A stretch of 64,000 nt of DNA from positions 64,683 to 128,682 of the forward strand of contig CAZCWK010000002.1 of the NCBI GenBank assembly GCA_964502355.1. Direction: 5' to 3'. How positions within the stretch are numbered: position 1 is the stretch's first letter; every line of letters begins with the position of its first letter. This DNA comes from an uncultured Bacteroidales bacterium. GTDB taxonomy: Bacteria > Bacteroidota > Bacteroidia > Bacteroidales > UBA1402. Shown in pieces: positions 8,613 to 18,818 of this stretch. The notes below the pieces were generated by a model. That model was not told the origin of the DNA and made no database searches. It saw only the letters and a program-made list of their open reading frames with translations. The position numbers were made by a program, and so were the translations under genes.

Positions 8613-10616
8613 TTACCAACCCATGTTTTGTACTAACTTGTGATTTGAATCCAGACTCTTTTGACGAATCGGCCAGAAATAATCTTTGGTAGCAAATGTC
8701 CTTTGATAAATATATGTTTCCAGATAATAATCAACTTCCGTTGCTCCTGACACATTCCAGCCACGAATAGGTCTGTTCAGATAGTCCTCTGAAAGCATCC
8801 AGCGCTTCAGATCCCAGTAGCGTTGACCTTCAAAAGACAACTCAACCATTCTTTCCTGACGGATGATATCTCTCATACCTTCCTTAGTGAGAGGCTTGGT
8901 AGGATTTGAGCTGTATTTTGCCCATGTTTGAACCAAACTACCCGTTTCTTTGTCCAATCCGGCCTTTGTTCGTATAGGTTGAAGATATTCATATACTTCA
9001 TCATCAGGTTGTGATTTTGATTCATTTAGTGCTTCAGCACACATCAGATAAAGATCAGACAAACGAATGATAGGAAAAAAATAGAGCGTTTCGCCGATAT
9101 TATCAACTGCCGGAGTGGTAGTCCATATTCTATTCCATGGTATCAATTTCTTGCAGCTATAGCCGGTAATACTGTACATGCCGGCTCTCATACCTGCAAA
9201 GTCTTTAGCTTTAGAATGAACCACATAACTATTATAATCGTCGGGGATTTCTTTACAATAATAGCGTCCCTGATCAAAAGCCAGATAAGCATAAAAACGG
9301 GGCTCTCTTGCAGTGTTATAAACTGGAACCTTAATGGTAGTATCATCATTGAAGTATAGTTGATCTGCTTCAGGTACTCTGATTAATTTAAATCGATTAG
9401 AGTAATCGTAAGTCTTGTCTTCTTCGATGGGAAGACCTTTATTTGTATAAAATTGATCAACAACGTTCATTGTTGCCCCGTGAAGATTATTGAATCCCAA
9501 CGGACGACCACCAATTTGTGCAGAAGAAGGCGGACAAGAAGCATAATATATCAAACGTTGAACATCCTGACGACCTACGCCCCAAACCAACTCAGGATTG
9601 TCGGTGTTTTCAGTAATTTGTCCACGCAGATTTAATTCAAGCTGTGTCGTGTCTGTTACGATAATTCCATTCAATTTTTGATTGAAGGTATAGAAATCCA
9701 ATGATGCGTCATGAGCAGCATCTATGGCTGCTTTGCAGGCTTTAGCAGCAGCTTTCCATTTATCTGCTGAATAAACAGGATTCATAAAAGGCACACCTGC
9801 CTTATTCTTAAAACTGCTGAATTTGATGTTTCCGTTAAACATCGGACTAGCTGCAAAAACCAGCACTTTTGCCTTGATTGCCATTGCTATAGGTAGATTG
9901 ATACGTCCCAGTTCCTGCTTGCGGGCAGTATAGGTAGGAGTCAAAGCTTTACTATTGATCGCTTCATCCAGTACCTCCACCATTTGGCTTACAACCTGAT
10001 CAACTGGTTCCCTTTCTCTTTGCACCTCTTCAGGTGTCAGGGAAATGTCAAGATTCTCTCCCATAAATGGAATAGGACCATACATCTGAAGAAGATAAAA
10101 ATGATAATAGGCTTTTAAAACCTGAGCCTCAGCTTTCCATTGTGCTCTTTCTTCAGGAATCATATCGGGCACCTGGTCAACATTATCAATAAATGTATTG
10201 CAATTGCGGATACCTGCCCAAAGACTCTTGATCACAGTCTTTTCATCATAATCGCCGAATTTTTGATTCAAATTTGAATAATCACCTCCGTCCCAATAGT
10301 TCAAAAACGGATCTGTTGCATTTAATTTGCCTTTTGCAATTAACTCGGTAGTCTTGTTTCTGTAATAATAGAAATTTGGATCAAACTCAGGATTCCAGTT
10401 TTCATCCCCACACAACAGCGCCGGATTTTGAAAAACATTTGCAGTTCTTGGAAGATAATCGTAGCATGTGTACAACATCTTGAATGCATTCTCACGTGTG
10501 TCAAAAACCTGCTGTATGCTGGGAATATTGTCAGGAACAATATCCAGATAGTCTGAGCAGGAAGTTCCAAATAAGATGGATGTAGCGAATAATGCAGAAT
10601 ATATGATTTTTTTCAT
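8613..10616 (-). CDS. SusD/RagB-family nutrient-binding outer-membrane lipoprotein
   Basis: 667 aa with lipobox GTSCSDYLDIVPDN. Typical SusD features are present (RSDLYLMCAEALNE, ERMVELSFEGQRYWDLKRW) and it lies directly downstream of SusC. Confidence 0.92.
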   Translation of the reverse strand: MKKIIYSALFATSILFGTSCSDYLDIVPDNIPSIQQVFDTRENAFKMLYTCYDYLPRTANVFQNPALLCGDENWNPEFDPNFYYYRNKTTELIAKGKLNATDPFLNYWDGGDYSNLNQKFGDYDEKTVIKSLWAGIRNCNTFIDNVDQVPDMIPEERAQWKAEAQVLKAYYHFYLLQMYGPIPFMGENLDISLTPEEVQREREPVDQVVSQMVEVLDEAINSKALTPTYTARKQELGRINLPIAMAIKAKVLVFAASPMFNGNIKFSSFKNKAGVPFMNPVYSADKWKAAAKACKAAIDAAHDASLDFYTFNQKLNGIIVTDTTQLELNLRGQITENTDNPELVWGVGRQDVQRLIYYASCPPSSAQIGGRPLGFNNLHGATMNVVDQFYTNKGLPIEEDKTYDYSNRFKLIRVPEADQLYFNDDTTIKVPVYNTAREPRFYAYLAFDQGRYYCKEIPDDYNSYVVHSKAKDFAGMRAGMYSITGYSCKKLIPWNRIWTTTPAVDNIGETLYFFPIIRLSDLYLMCAEALNESKSQPDDEVYEYLQPIRTKAGLDKETGSLVQTWAKYSSNPTKPLTKEGMRDIIRQERMVELSFEGQRYWDLKRWMLSEDYLNRPIRGWNVSGATEVDYYLETYIYQRTFATKDYFWPIRQKSLDSNHKLVQNMGW

Positions 10617-10628
10617 GATTAGTAATGA

Positions 10629-13600
10629 TTAAAAATTTAAGCTTAATCCAATATTGAATACTTTCTGGATGGGATAATTAAGTCCACTTGCTCCCATTTC
10701 AACATCCCATAGTTTAAAGGCATTGAAACTAAACAGATTCAAACCGCTTCCATAAATACGTAATTGCTGAACACCGATTTTTTTTGTCAGATTATCCGGC
10801 ACTGTATATCCGAATTCCACAGTCTTCACTCTTAAATAACTTCCATCACGCAACCACCATGTACTGGCTTTTTCATTGTTTGGTCTTGACGTATCGGATA
10901 AACGGGGCCATTCAGCGTAGCAGTTTCTGTTTGTTTCTGACCAGTGATCGTCTGCCCATGCTTTTATCAGCGCATGATTGTTCAGGAATGGCGCAGTACC
11001 AATATTTCCACCGCTCCAATCACTATTTGCAGATGGATCTATCCTGAAAGTAGTCCTTGCCGCACCTTGCATAAAAAAGTTAAAGTCAAATCCATGAATA
11101 CCAAATGAGACTCCCAGACCACCTTCCAGCTGGGGTGTACCTGAATAACCGATGGGAACAATATCACGTGAATCGATGATGCCATCCCCGCTGACATCCT
11201 TATATTTAATATCACCCGGCATTACAGGGATATCATTGACTTTATCAAATGTTTGTATAGGTGAATTTGCTATATCAGCTTCATCAATAAATAAACGCTC
11301 TGCAATAAGACCTTTTTGTTGACCTATATATGTACCATCTGTTTTCAACCAATCCATACCTGCAGGAACCATTTCTTCAAATTTGCTGTATCTGTTTACT
11401 GCATACGTGAAAGTCATATTGGTCCTTAACCATATGTCTTTGTTAAAATAGTGATTTTCAGTTATCGTTAATTCAAGACCATGCGATTTGGCTTCACCAA
11501 CATTAGCACGAACGTCTGCCGGAGCCTTTCCATCTGCGGCCGGTAAGTCTGACAAACCTAACGTGGTAGGAATAGCTGTACGGTTTATAAGAATATTGGT
11601 TCTGTTTTCGTGAAACCAATCAAACTGAAACTCCAGTTCATTAAAAAATGTCATTTCCAATCCCAGATTTAGCTTTGCCGCTTTTTCCCATGTAATGCTT
11701 GTATTTGCATAACGGTTGAACTTGATACCGGCAGAGTTCCCTCCTCCTGATTCCCCAAAATCATTGCTCAAACCCTTGTTCATATCCACTCTGTCAAGGT
11801 AGAAAAAACGGTCATTTGAATCACCGATAGCATCATTACCCACCAGACCATAAGTTGTTTTAAGTTTCAAATTGGTAATTATGTCATTGGTATTCCAGAA
11901 TTTTTCATTTGTAAGAATCCATCCTGCACCAAATGACGGGAAAAATCCAAACTGATGATTTCTGGCAAATCGTTCAGCACCATTGTACCCAAAGTTCCCT
12001 TCCAGAAAATATCTGTGATCATATGCATAAGTAAAACGTCCGGATAAACCAAGATTTCTTGTCGGAAGTGAGCGTTGCAAATCATTACCGAAATCGGAAC
12101 TGATTAATTCCCTTATAGTTCCGACAAGCATGGCAGAAAAACTATGCTTTTCATTATAAACATGTTCATAATTGCCCGCTAATTCACCATAAGATGTTGA
12201 GTAAATACTTTTATCACCTCCCGAAAAACCTAAAGATTCATTTCCTCTGTAGAAATTATTCAACTTAAAATATCCTGTGATTGGATTGTAAGTACTCATT
12301 GTATAATAATACGGTGTATATGAACGATTTATAGAATATATTGATTGACGGGTGGTACTTGCCATGAAGCGTGCAGACAAACCCGGTAAAAGGAAGTCAA
12401 GTTTTTGTCTGAACTCTATCTGAGCGACCAAATTGGTTTGAGTTGACTGTTGATAACCCTTCACCATGTCAGCATAAGGATTGATAAAACTATATGAAGG
12501 AGTACCTCCAAATAAAATATGTTTGGTATTCAAATTGATTTCATCGGGTTTATAATACGCCGGAAAATCAACAGGATTAGTCAACATTACACGTCCATAC
12601 ATCTGATTACCTGTGTACATTGGTCCACTTGCATCTCTGAAATTCGCATTGAATCTTACAGAACCTGAGGTCGTAGGTGTAAAATTGATATCAGTATTTG
12701 AACGGAGATTTATATTTTTAATATTGATATTGTTATTGAAATTATTGTGTTTATCCACTTTCAATACACCATTATCCTGAGTAAGAGCGCCCGAAATGTA
12801 AAACTTGACATTTTTGGATCCTCCACTTAAATTCAAATTATAACGTTGATTTTCTGCCTGATCCTTAAAAAGCAGTTCCAACCAGTCATTGGCCGGATAG
12901 TAATAAGGATTAATACCGGACTCAACACCTGCAATCTGATCGTCACTATATCTGCGATTGTAGTTAGGATGACGGGTGATAATGGCTTCATTGTTCAATC
13001 TCATATAAGTTAAAGGATCAGCAAACTCAACAGTACGTGTAGGTTGACTAGTTGACCTTTCAAACCTGAAGTTTAATTTTGTTTTTCCTTCAGCACCTAT
13101 CTTTGTAGTGACCAATATCACACCATTTGCACCGCGTGAACCATAAAGAGAGGTGGCAGTAGCATCTTTCATAATTGAAAAGCTCTCGATATCGTCCACT
13201 GACAATCGTGCCAAATCGCTGGCAGAAAGCTCCATATTATCAATTAAAATCAGTGGTCCTCTTGAGTAGTTATTGAATGTGGCCACACCACGAATGAAGA
13301 ATTGCGCATTGTCAGCACCGGGTTCACCCGAGGTTTGCATAGTAATCAAGCCGGCAATACGTCCACCTAAAGCTGTTGTCAGGTTACTGGATGGGACACG
13401 CAAATCCCCGGGCCTTACAGTAGAAACCGCCGCAATTACGCTTTCTCTTTTCTGAGTTCCGAAAGCTACCACTGCAACTTCATCAAGAGCATTTACAGTT
13501 TCAGTCAAAGTAATCTTAAGATCTTTGGGACTTGTTACATTTACTTTTTTAGTCTCATATCCAAGAATACTTACTACAAGAACATCCCCTATTTTTGTGT

Positions 13601-13811
13601 TTATGGTGAAACCTCCAATACTGTCAGTTATCGAACCTCCTTTTGGATTTGACAGAGCTACAACAGTAGCACCAACTATAGGTTCTGATTTGTCAGAAAC
13701 GATTCCTTTCACTTTAATATCTTGCGCAGATGCTTCACCCACGCATAACGAGAAAAAAATCATAATTAAAATGGCAAAACCATACCTATCTTTTCGTTTT
13801 AAGTTTCTCAT
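10629..13811 (-). CDS. SusC/RagA-family TonB-dependent outer-membrane transporter (no STN domain)
   Basis: 1060 aa. Carboxypeptidase-regulatory-like N-domain (IKVKGIVSDKSEPIVGATVV), plug region (FGTQKRESV, ALGGRIAGL, IRGV, SIMKDATATSLYGSRGANGVILVTTK), C-terminal beta-barrel ending in F. Confidence 0.95.
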   Translation of the reverse strand: MRNLKRKDRYGFAILIMIFFSLCVGEASAQDIKVKGIVSDKSEPIVGATVVALSNPKGGSITDSIGGFTINTKIGDVLVVSILGYETKKVNVTSPKDLKITLTETVNALDEVAVVAFGTQKRESVIAAVSTVRPGDLRVPSSNLTTALGGRIAGLITMQTSGEPGADNAQFFIRGVATFNNYSRGPLILIDNMELSASDLARLSVDDIESFSIMKDATATSLYGSRGANGVILVTTKIGAEGKTKLNFRFERSTSQPTRTVEFADPLTYMRLNNEAIITRHPNYNRRYSDDQIAGVESGINPYYYPANDWLELLFKDQAENQRYNLNLSGGSKNVKFYISGALTQDNGVLKVDKHNNFNNNINIKNINLRSNTDINFTPTTSGSVRFNANFRDASGPMYTGNQMYGRVMLTNPVDFPAYYKPDEINLNTKHILFGGTPSYSFINPYADMVKGYQQSTQTNLVAQIEFRQKLDFLLPGLSARFMASTTRQSIYSINRSYTPYYYTMSTYNPITGYFKLNNFYRGNESLGFSGGDKSIYSTSYGELAGNYEHVYNEKHSFSAMLVGTIRELISSDFGNDLQRSLPTRNLGLSGRFTYAYDHRYFLEGNFGYNGAERFARNHQFGFFPSFGAGWILTNEKFWNTNDIITNLKLKTTYGLVGNDAIGDSNDRFFYLDRVDMNKGLSNDFGESGGGNSAGIKFNRYANTSITWEKAAKLNLGLEMTFFNELEFQFDWFHENRTNILINRTAIPTTLGLSDLPAADGKAPADVRANVGEAKSHGLELTITENHYFNKDIWLRTNMTFTYAVNRYSKFEEMVPAGMDWLKTDGTYIGQQKGLIAERLFIDEADIANSPIQTFDKVNDIPVMPGDIKYKDVSGDGIIDSRDIVPIGYSGTPQLEGGLGVSFGIHGFDFNFFMQGAARTTFRIDPSANSDWSGGNIGTAPFLNNHALIKAWADDHWSETNRNCYAEWPRLSDTSRPNNEKASTWWLRDGSYLRVKTVEFGYTVPDNLTKKIGVQQLRIYGSGLNLFSFNAFKLWDVEMGASGLNYPIQKVFNIGLSLNF

Positions 13812-14079
13812 TAAATATTTGATTTAAGTACTCAATAATAATTTTAATTAAAATCTAAAGTTTATAACTTTATTAAGTTCTATTGTACATATTCCCCGCC
13901 CTATGGCATCAGGAAGAATAAATACATTTTTGGTTGCTACTTAAGTTTCTGAATTTCTCATTATAAGTTTTTTTAAATTTTGATTATGTAAAGTAATTTC
14001 CGGTGAATTAAAAATGAGATTAAAAAGAGATTAATCGGAATATCAATCTTTTTAATCCGAAGCATTTTTAATCATCTTT

Positions 14080-16458
14080 TTAGTTAAAACAAACTATCTC
14101 ACTCACCTCAAAACTGCCTATCAGTCGAATATCCTCAGATGAACTACCCAACATAACGGTAAATGACCCGGGCTCAACAACAAATTGATTATCTTTATTC
14201 CACAAACCCAGATCCTGAGGTGTCAGTGTAAAACTTACACATTTCTCTTCTCCCGGGAGCAAATGAATACGTTCAAATCCCCGAAGCATTTTGACGTAAG
14301 TAGTAACAGAGCTGTAATCATCTCTTATATAGAGCTGAACCACCTCATCGCCAGCCACTTTACCTGAGTTTCTAATTGTACAGCTGATTTTGTTTACAGA
14401 CTGAGGACCTATAACCGGATGCTCAATGAACAGGTTATCATATTCAAAAGTGGTATAACTTAAGCCATAGCCAAATGGGAAAAGAGATCCATCGACACGG
14501 ACATTTCCTTTTGAGTCTGAACCGGGTTTAAACGGAAAAGCAAAAGGGATTTGCCCGACAGTTTTCGGAAAAGTGACCGGCAGCTTTCCCCCGGGATTAT
14601 AATCTCCAAACAAAACCTGAGCTATAGCATCCCCTGTAAATTCCCCGGGGAAACCGCAATAAATAATAGACGGGATATATTTTTTTGCCCAGTTTATTGT
14701 TACAGCCCGACCGTCAATTAAGATTAAAACAACAGGAACTCCTGTAGCATAAACGGCTTTCAACAACTTTTCCTGACGTCCGAAAAGATTTAAACTCGTG
14801 CGGGAATACTCTTCCCTTACAGTCTTTTCATTTCCACCCAAAACCAAAACTGCAACATCCGATTTACGAGCTACCTCAACAGCATTATCAATCATTTTAT
14901 TTTCAGCAGAATCGAGAGGTATATCGTATAGCTCACTTTCAGGAAAATGACTATCAATAATATCACATCCCTTAGTATAAGTTACTTTAGCGTTTGGAAG
15001 ATATGATTTAATGCCCTGATATACCGTTCTGACAGGTGCGTTAGCCGGACCATATCTACAAATCAGATTTTTGGTTTCATCAGCATTAGGACCTATAACA
15101 GCAACCGTACTAATTGTTCTATTTAATGGCAAAAGGTTTTTTTCGTTTTTAAGCAGCACAACGGATTCTAAAGCCGCTTTTAAAGCAACCTTCTGATTAT
15201 CTTTACTATGTACAATCTTTTCAGCAAGTTTCTCATCACCTTTGTAAGGATTGTCAAAAAGCTTCTCTTTGAATTTCACCCTCAAAACATCCAATACACG
15301 ACTATCTATTGTCTTTTCAGAAACCTTTCCATCAGAAACCGCTTGCCTTAGTGGAATGATAAAATGCTCCGGTTTCGTGAAATTGGTACGGACATTTAAC
15401 CCGGCATTAATCGCACAGGCTACAGCGTCTTCTGCAGTAGGAGCGACCCTATGCTTGGTATTCAGGAATTCTACAGCTTCGCTGTCTGAAACAACATATC
15501 CTTTAAATCCCCATTCATTACGGAGAATAGAAGTAAGAAAATAATAACTGCCCGTAATGGGTTCACCATCATAATCGTTATAAGAGCTCATCACACCCAA
15601 AGCCCCTGCTTCCTGAATAGCCTTTCTGAAAGGCTCAAGGTATAAAGTACGCATTTCTTTAGGAGCGACATGAGGATCAGTACGGGTACCTTCATCACGA
15701 CCTCCGACTGGTACGCTGTATACAGCAAAATGCTTAGGGGTTGAAACCAACCCATTGATTTGTAAACCTAATACCATCTTCTTTCCTAATTCACCAACAA
15801 GAAAAGGATCTTCCCCATAGCATTCTACCACTCTTCCCCAACGCGGATCCTGAGCCAGGTCCAAAATCGGAGAATAAATATTTGTATAACCCAAAGCATT
15901 TGCCTCATTGGCAGTGACTTCAGCAATTTGCTTAATTAACTCTTTATCCCAGCTTGCACCCTGACCACATTGAGCCGGAAACAATGTAGCCCTGTCTGAA
16001 CATAATCCACGAATTCCTTCATTTGTAAAATCCACAGGTATTCCCAAACGTGTTTCTTCGACAAACCACCTTTGAATTGTGTGTCTGTTTCGAACACCTG
16101 CTGCATAAGGAAAAGAAATTTTTGAGCCAAACTTTCCCAGACCATTAGCCTGCTCATCAATATTTCCGATACCATCCTTCCAGACTTCATTCTTCCAGTT
16201 TGGAGTTGGTCCTATATCCTCCAGGACTCTTCCCGAACCATAGAGAGTAGCAAGCTGACATGTCTTTTCTTCAAATGTCATTTGAGAGAGAAGATCAAGG
16301 GCTCTGGCTTCAATGGATTCAGAAGGATTTTCAAATACATCCTGTACTCCATTTTTGTTGAAATCTATCCAACCTTGCTTATATATATTTTTAGTCTGCG
16401 CAAATGCTGAAAAACCAATAAAAAGCGCAGCAAGAACCAAATTAATCTTACGAATCAT
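14080..16458 (-). CDS. Glycoside hydrolase family 3 (BglX-like beta-glycosidase) with an Fn3-like C-terminal domain
   Basis: 792 aa with a signal peptide. GH3 motifs KHFAVYSVPVGGRDEG and GYVVSDSEAV. The start overlaps the MFS stop by 11 nt (ATGATTCGTAA). Confidence 0.9.
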   Translation of the reverse strand: MIRKINLVLAALFIGFSAFAQTKNIYKQGWIDFNKNGVQDVFENPSESIEARALDLLSQMTFEEKTCQLATLYGSGRVLEDIGPTPNWKNEVWKDGIGNIDEQANGLGKFGSKISFPYAAGVRNRHTIQRWFVEETRLGIPVDFTNEGIRGLCSDRATLFPAQCGQGASWDKELIKQIAEVTANEANALGYTNIYSPILDLAQDPRWGRVVECYGEDPFLVGELGKKMVLGLQINGLVSTPKHFAVYSVPVGGRDEGTRTDPHVAPKEMRTLYLEPFRKAIQEAGALGVMSSYNDYDGEPITGSYYFLTSILRNEWGFKGYVVSDSEAVEFLNTKHRVAPTAEDAVACAINAGLNVRTNFTKPEHFIIPLRQAVSDGKVSEKTIDSRVLDVLRVKFKEKLFDNPYKGDEKLAEKIVHSKDNQKVALKAALESVVLLKNEKNLLPLNRTISTVAVIGPNADETKNLICRYGPANAPVRTVYQGIKSYLPNAKVTYTKGCDIIDSHFPESELYDIPLDSAENKMIDNAVEVARKSDVAVLVLGGNEKTVREEYSRTSLNLFGRQEKLLKAVYATGVPVVLILIDGRAVTINWAKKYIPSIIYCGFPGEFTGDAIAQVLFGDYNPGGKLPVTFPKTVGQIPFAFPFKPGSDSKGNVRVDGSLFPFGYGLSYTTFEYDNLFIEHPVIGPQSVNKISCTIRNSGKVAGDEVVQLYIRDDYSSVTTYVKMLRGFERIHLLPGEEKCVSFTLTPQDLGLWNKDNQFVVEPGSFTVMLGSSSEDIRLIGSFEVSEIVCFN

Positions 16459-17656
16459 GCCTGATTTTTAAAACAAATGAACTAAACAACAAATAAAGCG
16501 CACACAACAAAATAATTAAAACAGAACCAATCTGAGAACCAATCATATCAGAAGCAAGACCCATCACAAAAGGTATAACTGCACCACCAAACACACCGGT
16601 TATCATCAAACCTGAAATCTCATTTGCTTTATCGGGTTTAGATTGGATTGCAAACGAAAATATGATTGGAAAGATGTTTGCTACAAAGAATCCCAGGAAA
16701 GCAAGCAAAACAAAAACTGATATTTTGTTACTCATAAAGAACAGTAATGCCAAAGCCAAAACCGTGACAACAGTATTGATTTTTAAAAACTTTGCCGATG
16801 AAAACTTTGATAATATGATTGCTCCTATAAAGGCACCAAGAGTACGAAACGCAAAATACATACTCGGACCATATCCTGCAGAAATAGAGTCAACACCACA
16901 ACGCTCCATCAGAATCTTTGGAGCGGCAGTGTTTAAACCAACATCAATGCCAACCACAAAAACGATACCCAGAAATAAAAATAATATTGTTTTATCCTTT
17001 AAAAGCCCGAACACACTTCCATAAGAACTTGCTTTATCATTAACAACTTCCTGTTTGATAGGAGTCAACATCAACCATATTGTAGAAACCAGGGTTATTA
17101 AAGCATAAATTGGGAAAATATATTGCCAGTTTCCTAATTGCGATGCGGCAAAAGCAGCAATAAACGGCCCGCAGAACGACGAAATTGCTTTCACAAACTG
17201 ACCGACAGTTAGACTTGAAGCAAGCTTCTTCCCATCTACAATATTAGCTAAAAGAGGGTTTAGCGATACCTGCAGTATAGTGTTTGCAATCCCCAGTAAA
17301 GCAAATGCCAATAAAGACATTACAAAAGTGTATTGTATTAATGGGATAAACATCGCGATGATTGTAATTATATTACTCAGGAGTACAGTCTTCTTACGAC
17401 CAATTTTGTTCATCAATATTCCCGTAGGTACTGAAAATATAAGAAACATCGAAAACAAAGCTACAGGTATCAGATTTGAAAGAGTATCCTTAAAAGCCGG
17501 ATTGTAGCCTCCCAATAAATCTTCTTTAACATGCATAGTGGTAATTCCCACAACATCGCAAAATCCCATTATGTAGAAACCAAATAAAACCGGCAGGATT
17601 TTAGAAATATTACTCTCGTTTTTCATTGTATCATTATTTTGAATTATGTTTTTCAT
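16448..17656 (-). CDS. Sugar MFS transporter (glucose/galactose/fucose-permease-like)
   Basis: 402 aa, about 12 predicted TM helices. It sits between the ROK kinase and GH3. Confidence 0.8.
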   Translation of the reverse strand: MKNIIQNNDTMKNESNISKILPVLFGFYIMGFCDVVGITTMHVKEDLLGGYNPAFKDTLSNLIPVALFSMFLIFSVPTGILMNKIGRKKTVLLSNIITIIAMFIPLIQYTFVMSLLAFALLGIANTILQVSLNPLLANIVDGKKLASSLTVGQFVKAISSFCGPFIAAFAASQLGNWQYIFPIYALITLVSTIWLMLTPIKQEVVNDKASSYGSVFGLLKDKTILFLFLGIVFVVGIDVGLNTAAPKILMERCGVDSISAGYGPSMYFAFRTLGAFIGAIILSKFSSAKFLKINTVVTVLALALLFFMSNKISVFVLLAFLGFFVANIFPIIFSFAIQSKPDKANEISGLMITGVFGGAVIPFVMGLASDMIGSQIGSVLIILLCALYLLFSSFVLKIRHDS

Positions 17657-17709
17657 TAATTATAAAATACCGGACAGACCATCACAAATGGTGCCGGATT
17701 CTTCTTTTA

Positions 17710-18810
17710 TTATTTACTATCAAGACAATTCAGCGCAAAAGCATAAGCACCCAGAGCAATAGCTTTACTTGCTCCAAGCCTGGAAATCGCAACACCTATA
17801 CGTTTTGAGCAATCATAAAAGGCTTTTTTATCACTACCTGGTATATCAACATACTGAGAGCTGGTTTCCAGGAACTTGTCTAATTGATCTTTATCGTCCA
17901 GATTTAACGCCTTCATCTGTAATCTGCTAAAAACCTCCCCATTTAATCTTCCGATAGTTCCGTTCAATTCAGACATCAAAGCAGGCATTAAATATTTTGA
18001 AGCTCCGGTAAGTCCTCCACCGATTACAACAAGTCCATCAATAACAGTAATAGCATGAGCTATAGTATCACCTGCTTCTTCACCTAATTCATTAAAAGTT
18101 TTTAATGCAGCAGCTTTATTACCTGATCTTGTTCCTTCCGCAATATCAAAAATATTTTTTGGGGATAAATCATTATCCAAAGCACCGGAAAGCTCAGCAT
18201 ATATCCTCTTAATTGCGCCAATGCCCACGCTCTCTTCAGTAATACAATCTCTGTATTTTTTATGTCTGAATACCCAAACATCTCCGCCACAACCATTATC
18301 GCCCATATGAAGTTTACCATTTGTAACAACTCCGGCACCAAATCCGCTTCCAATAGTCACACCCAGCAGGTTTTTATACTGTTTCGGATTCCCTGCCTCT
18401 TTAAGTTTGCTGTTAATTTCAGGCAAAATACCACCAATAGCTTCACCATAAGCAAAAAGATCACCATCATTATTGATGAAAACAGGTATCCCGAATTTTT
18501 CTTTCAGAAACGGACCCAGGGCAATTCCACCTCTGAACGCCTTTAGATTAGGTAAATCACCGATAATGCCGTTTTTGTAATCAGCTGGGCCGGGGAAAGC
18601 AAAACTTATTGCAACCGGAGGCTCTTTTAAAGCTTCTTTGACTTTTGTAAAACCTTGGAGCAGACTCTCCAGACATTTAGTTAAATCATCCGCATTTGAA
18701 GCCAGACAAATGGGTTCAACTATTTCCTTGTTAGCCTGCATTGCAGAAAAAACGAAGTTTGTCCCACCTGCATCGAGCGTCATAACTATTCTTTTATCAC
18801 TTTGATACAT
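17710..18810 (-). CDS. ROK-family sugar kinase
   Basis: N-terminal LDAGGTNFVFSA ATPase motif plus GVTIGSGFGAGVV; 366 aa. Confidence 0.8.
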   Translation of the reverse strand: MYQSDKRIVMTLDAGGTNFVFSAMQANKEIVEPICLASNADDLTKCLESLLQGFTKVKEALKEPPVAISFAFPGPADYKNGIIGDLPNLKAFRGGIALGPFLKEKFGIPVFINNDGDLFAYGEAIGGILPEINSKLKEAGNPKQYKNLLGVTIGSGFGAGVVTNGKLHMGDNGCGGDVWVFRHKKYRDCITEESVGIGAIKRIYAELSGALDNDLSPKNIFDIAEGTRSGNKAAALKTFNELGEEAGDTIAHAITVIDGLVVIGGGLTGASKYLMPALMSELNGTIGRLNGEVFSRLQMKALNLDDKDQLDKFLETSSQYVDIPGSDKKAFYDCSKRIGVAISRLGASKAIALGAYAFALNCLDSK

Positions 18811-18818
18811 ATAGAAAA

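Noticed and set aside
13985-14045. Imperfect hairpins (aaaaagagatt/aatcttttt; tcgga/tccga) between GH3 and susC, and a similar gcgatt/aatcgc hairpin at 21154-21180 upstream of GH92. The shared motif gagattaaa raised the idea of a PUL1-specific regulatory repeat.
   Set aside because: The shared motif is only about 9-10 nt in AT-rich DNA. The stems are short and imperfect. This is insufficient evidence without a genome-wide motif search.
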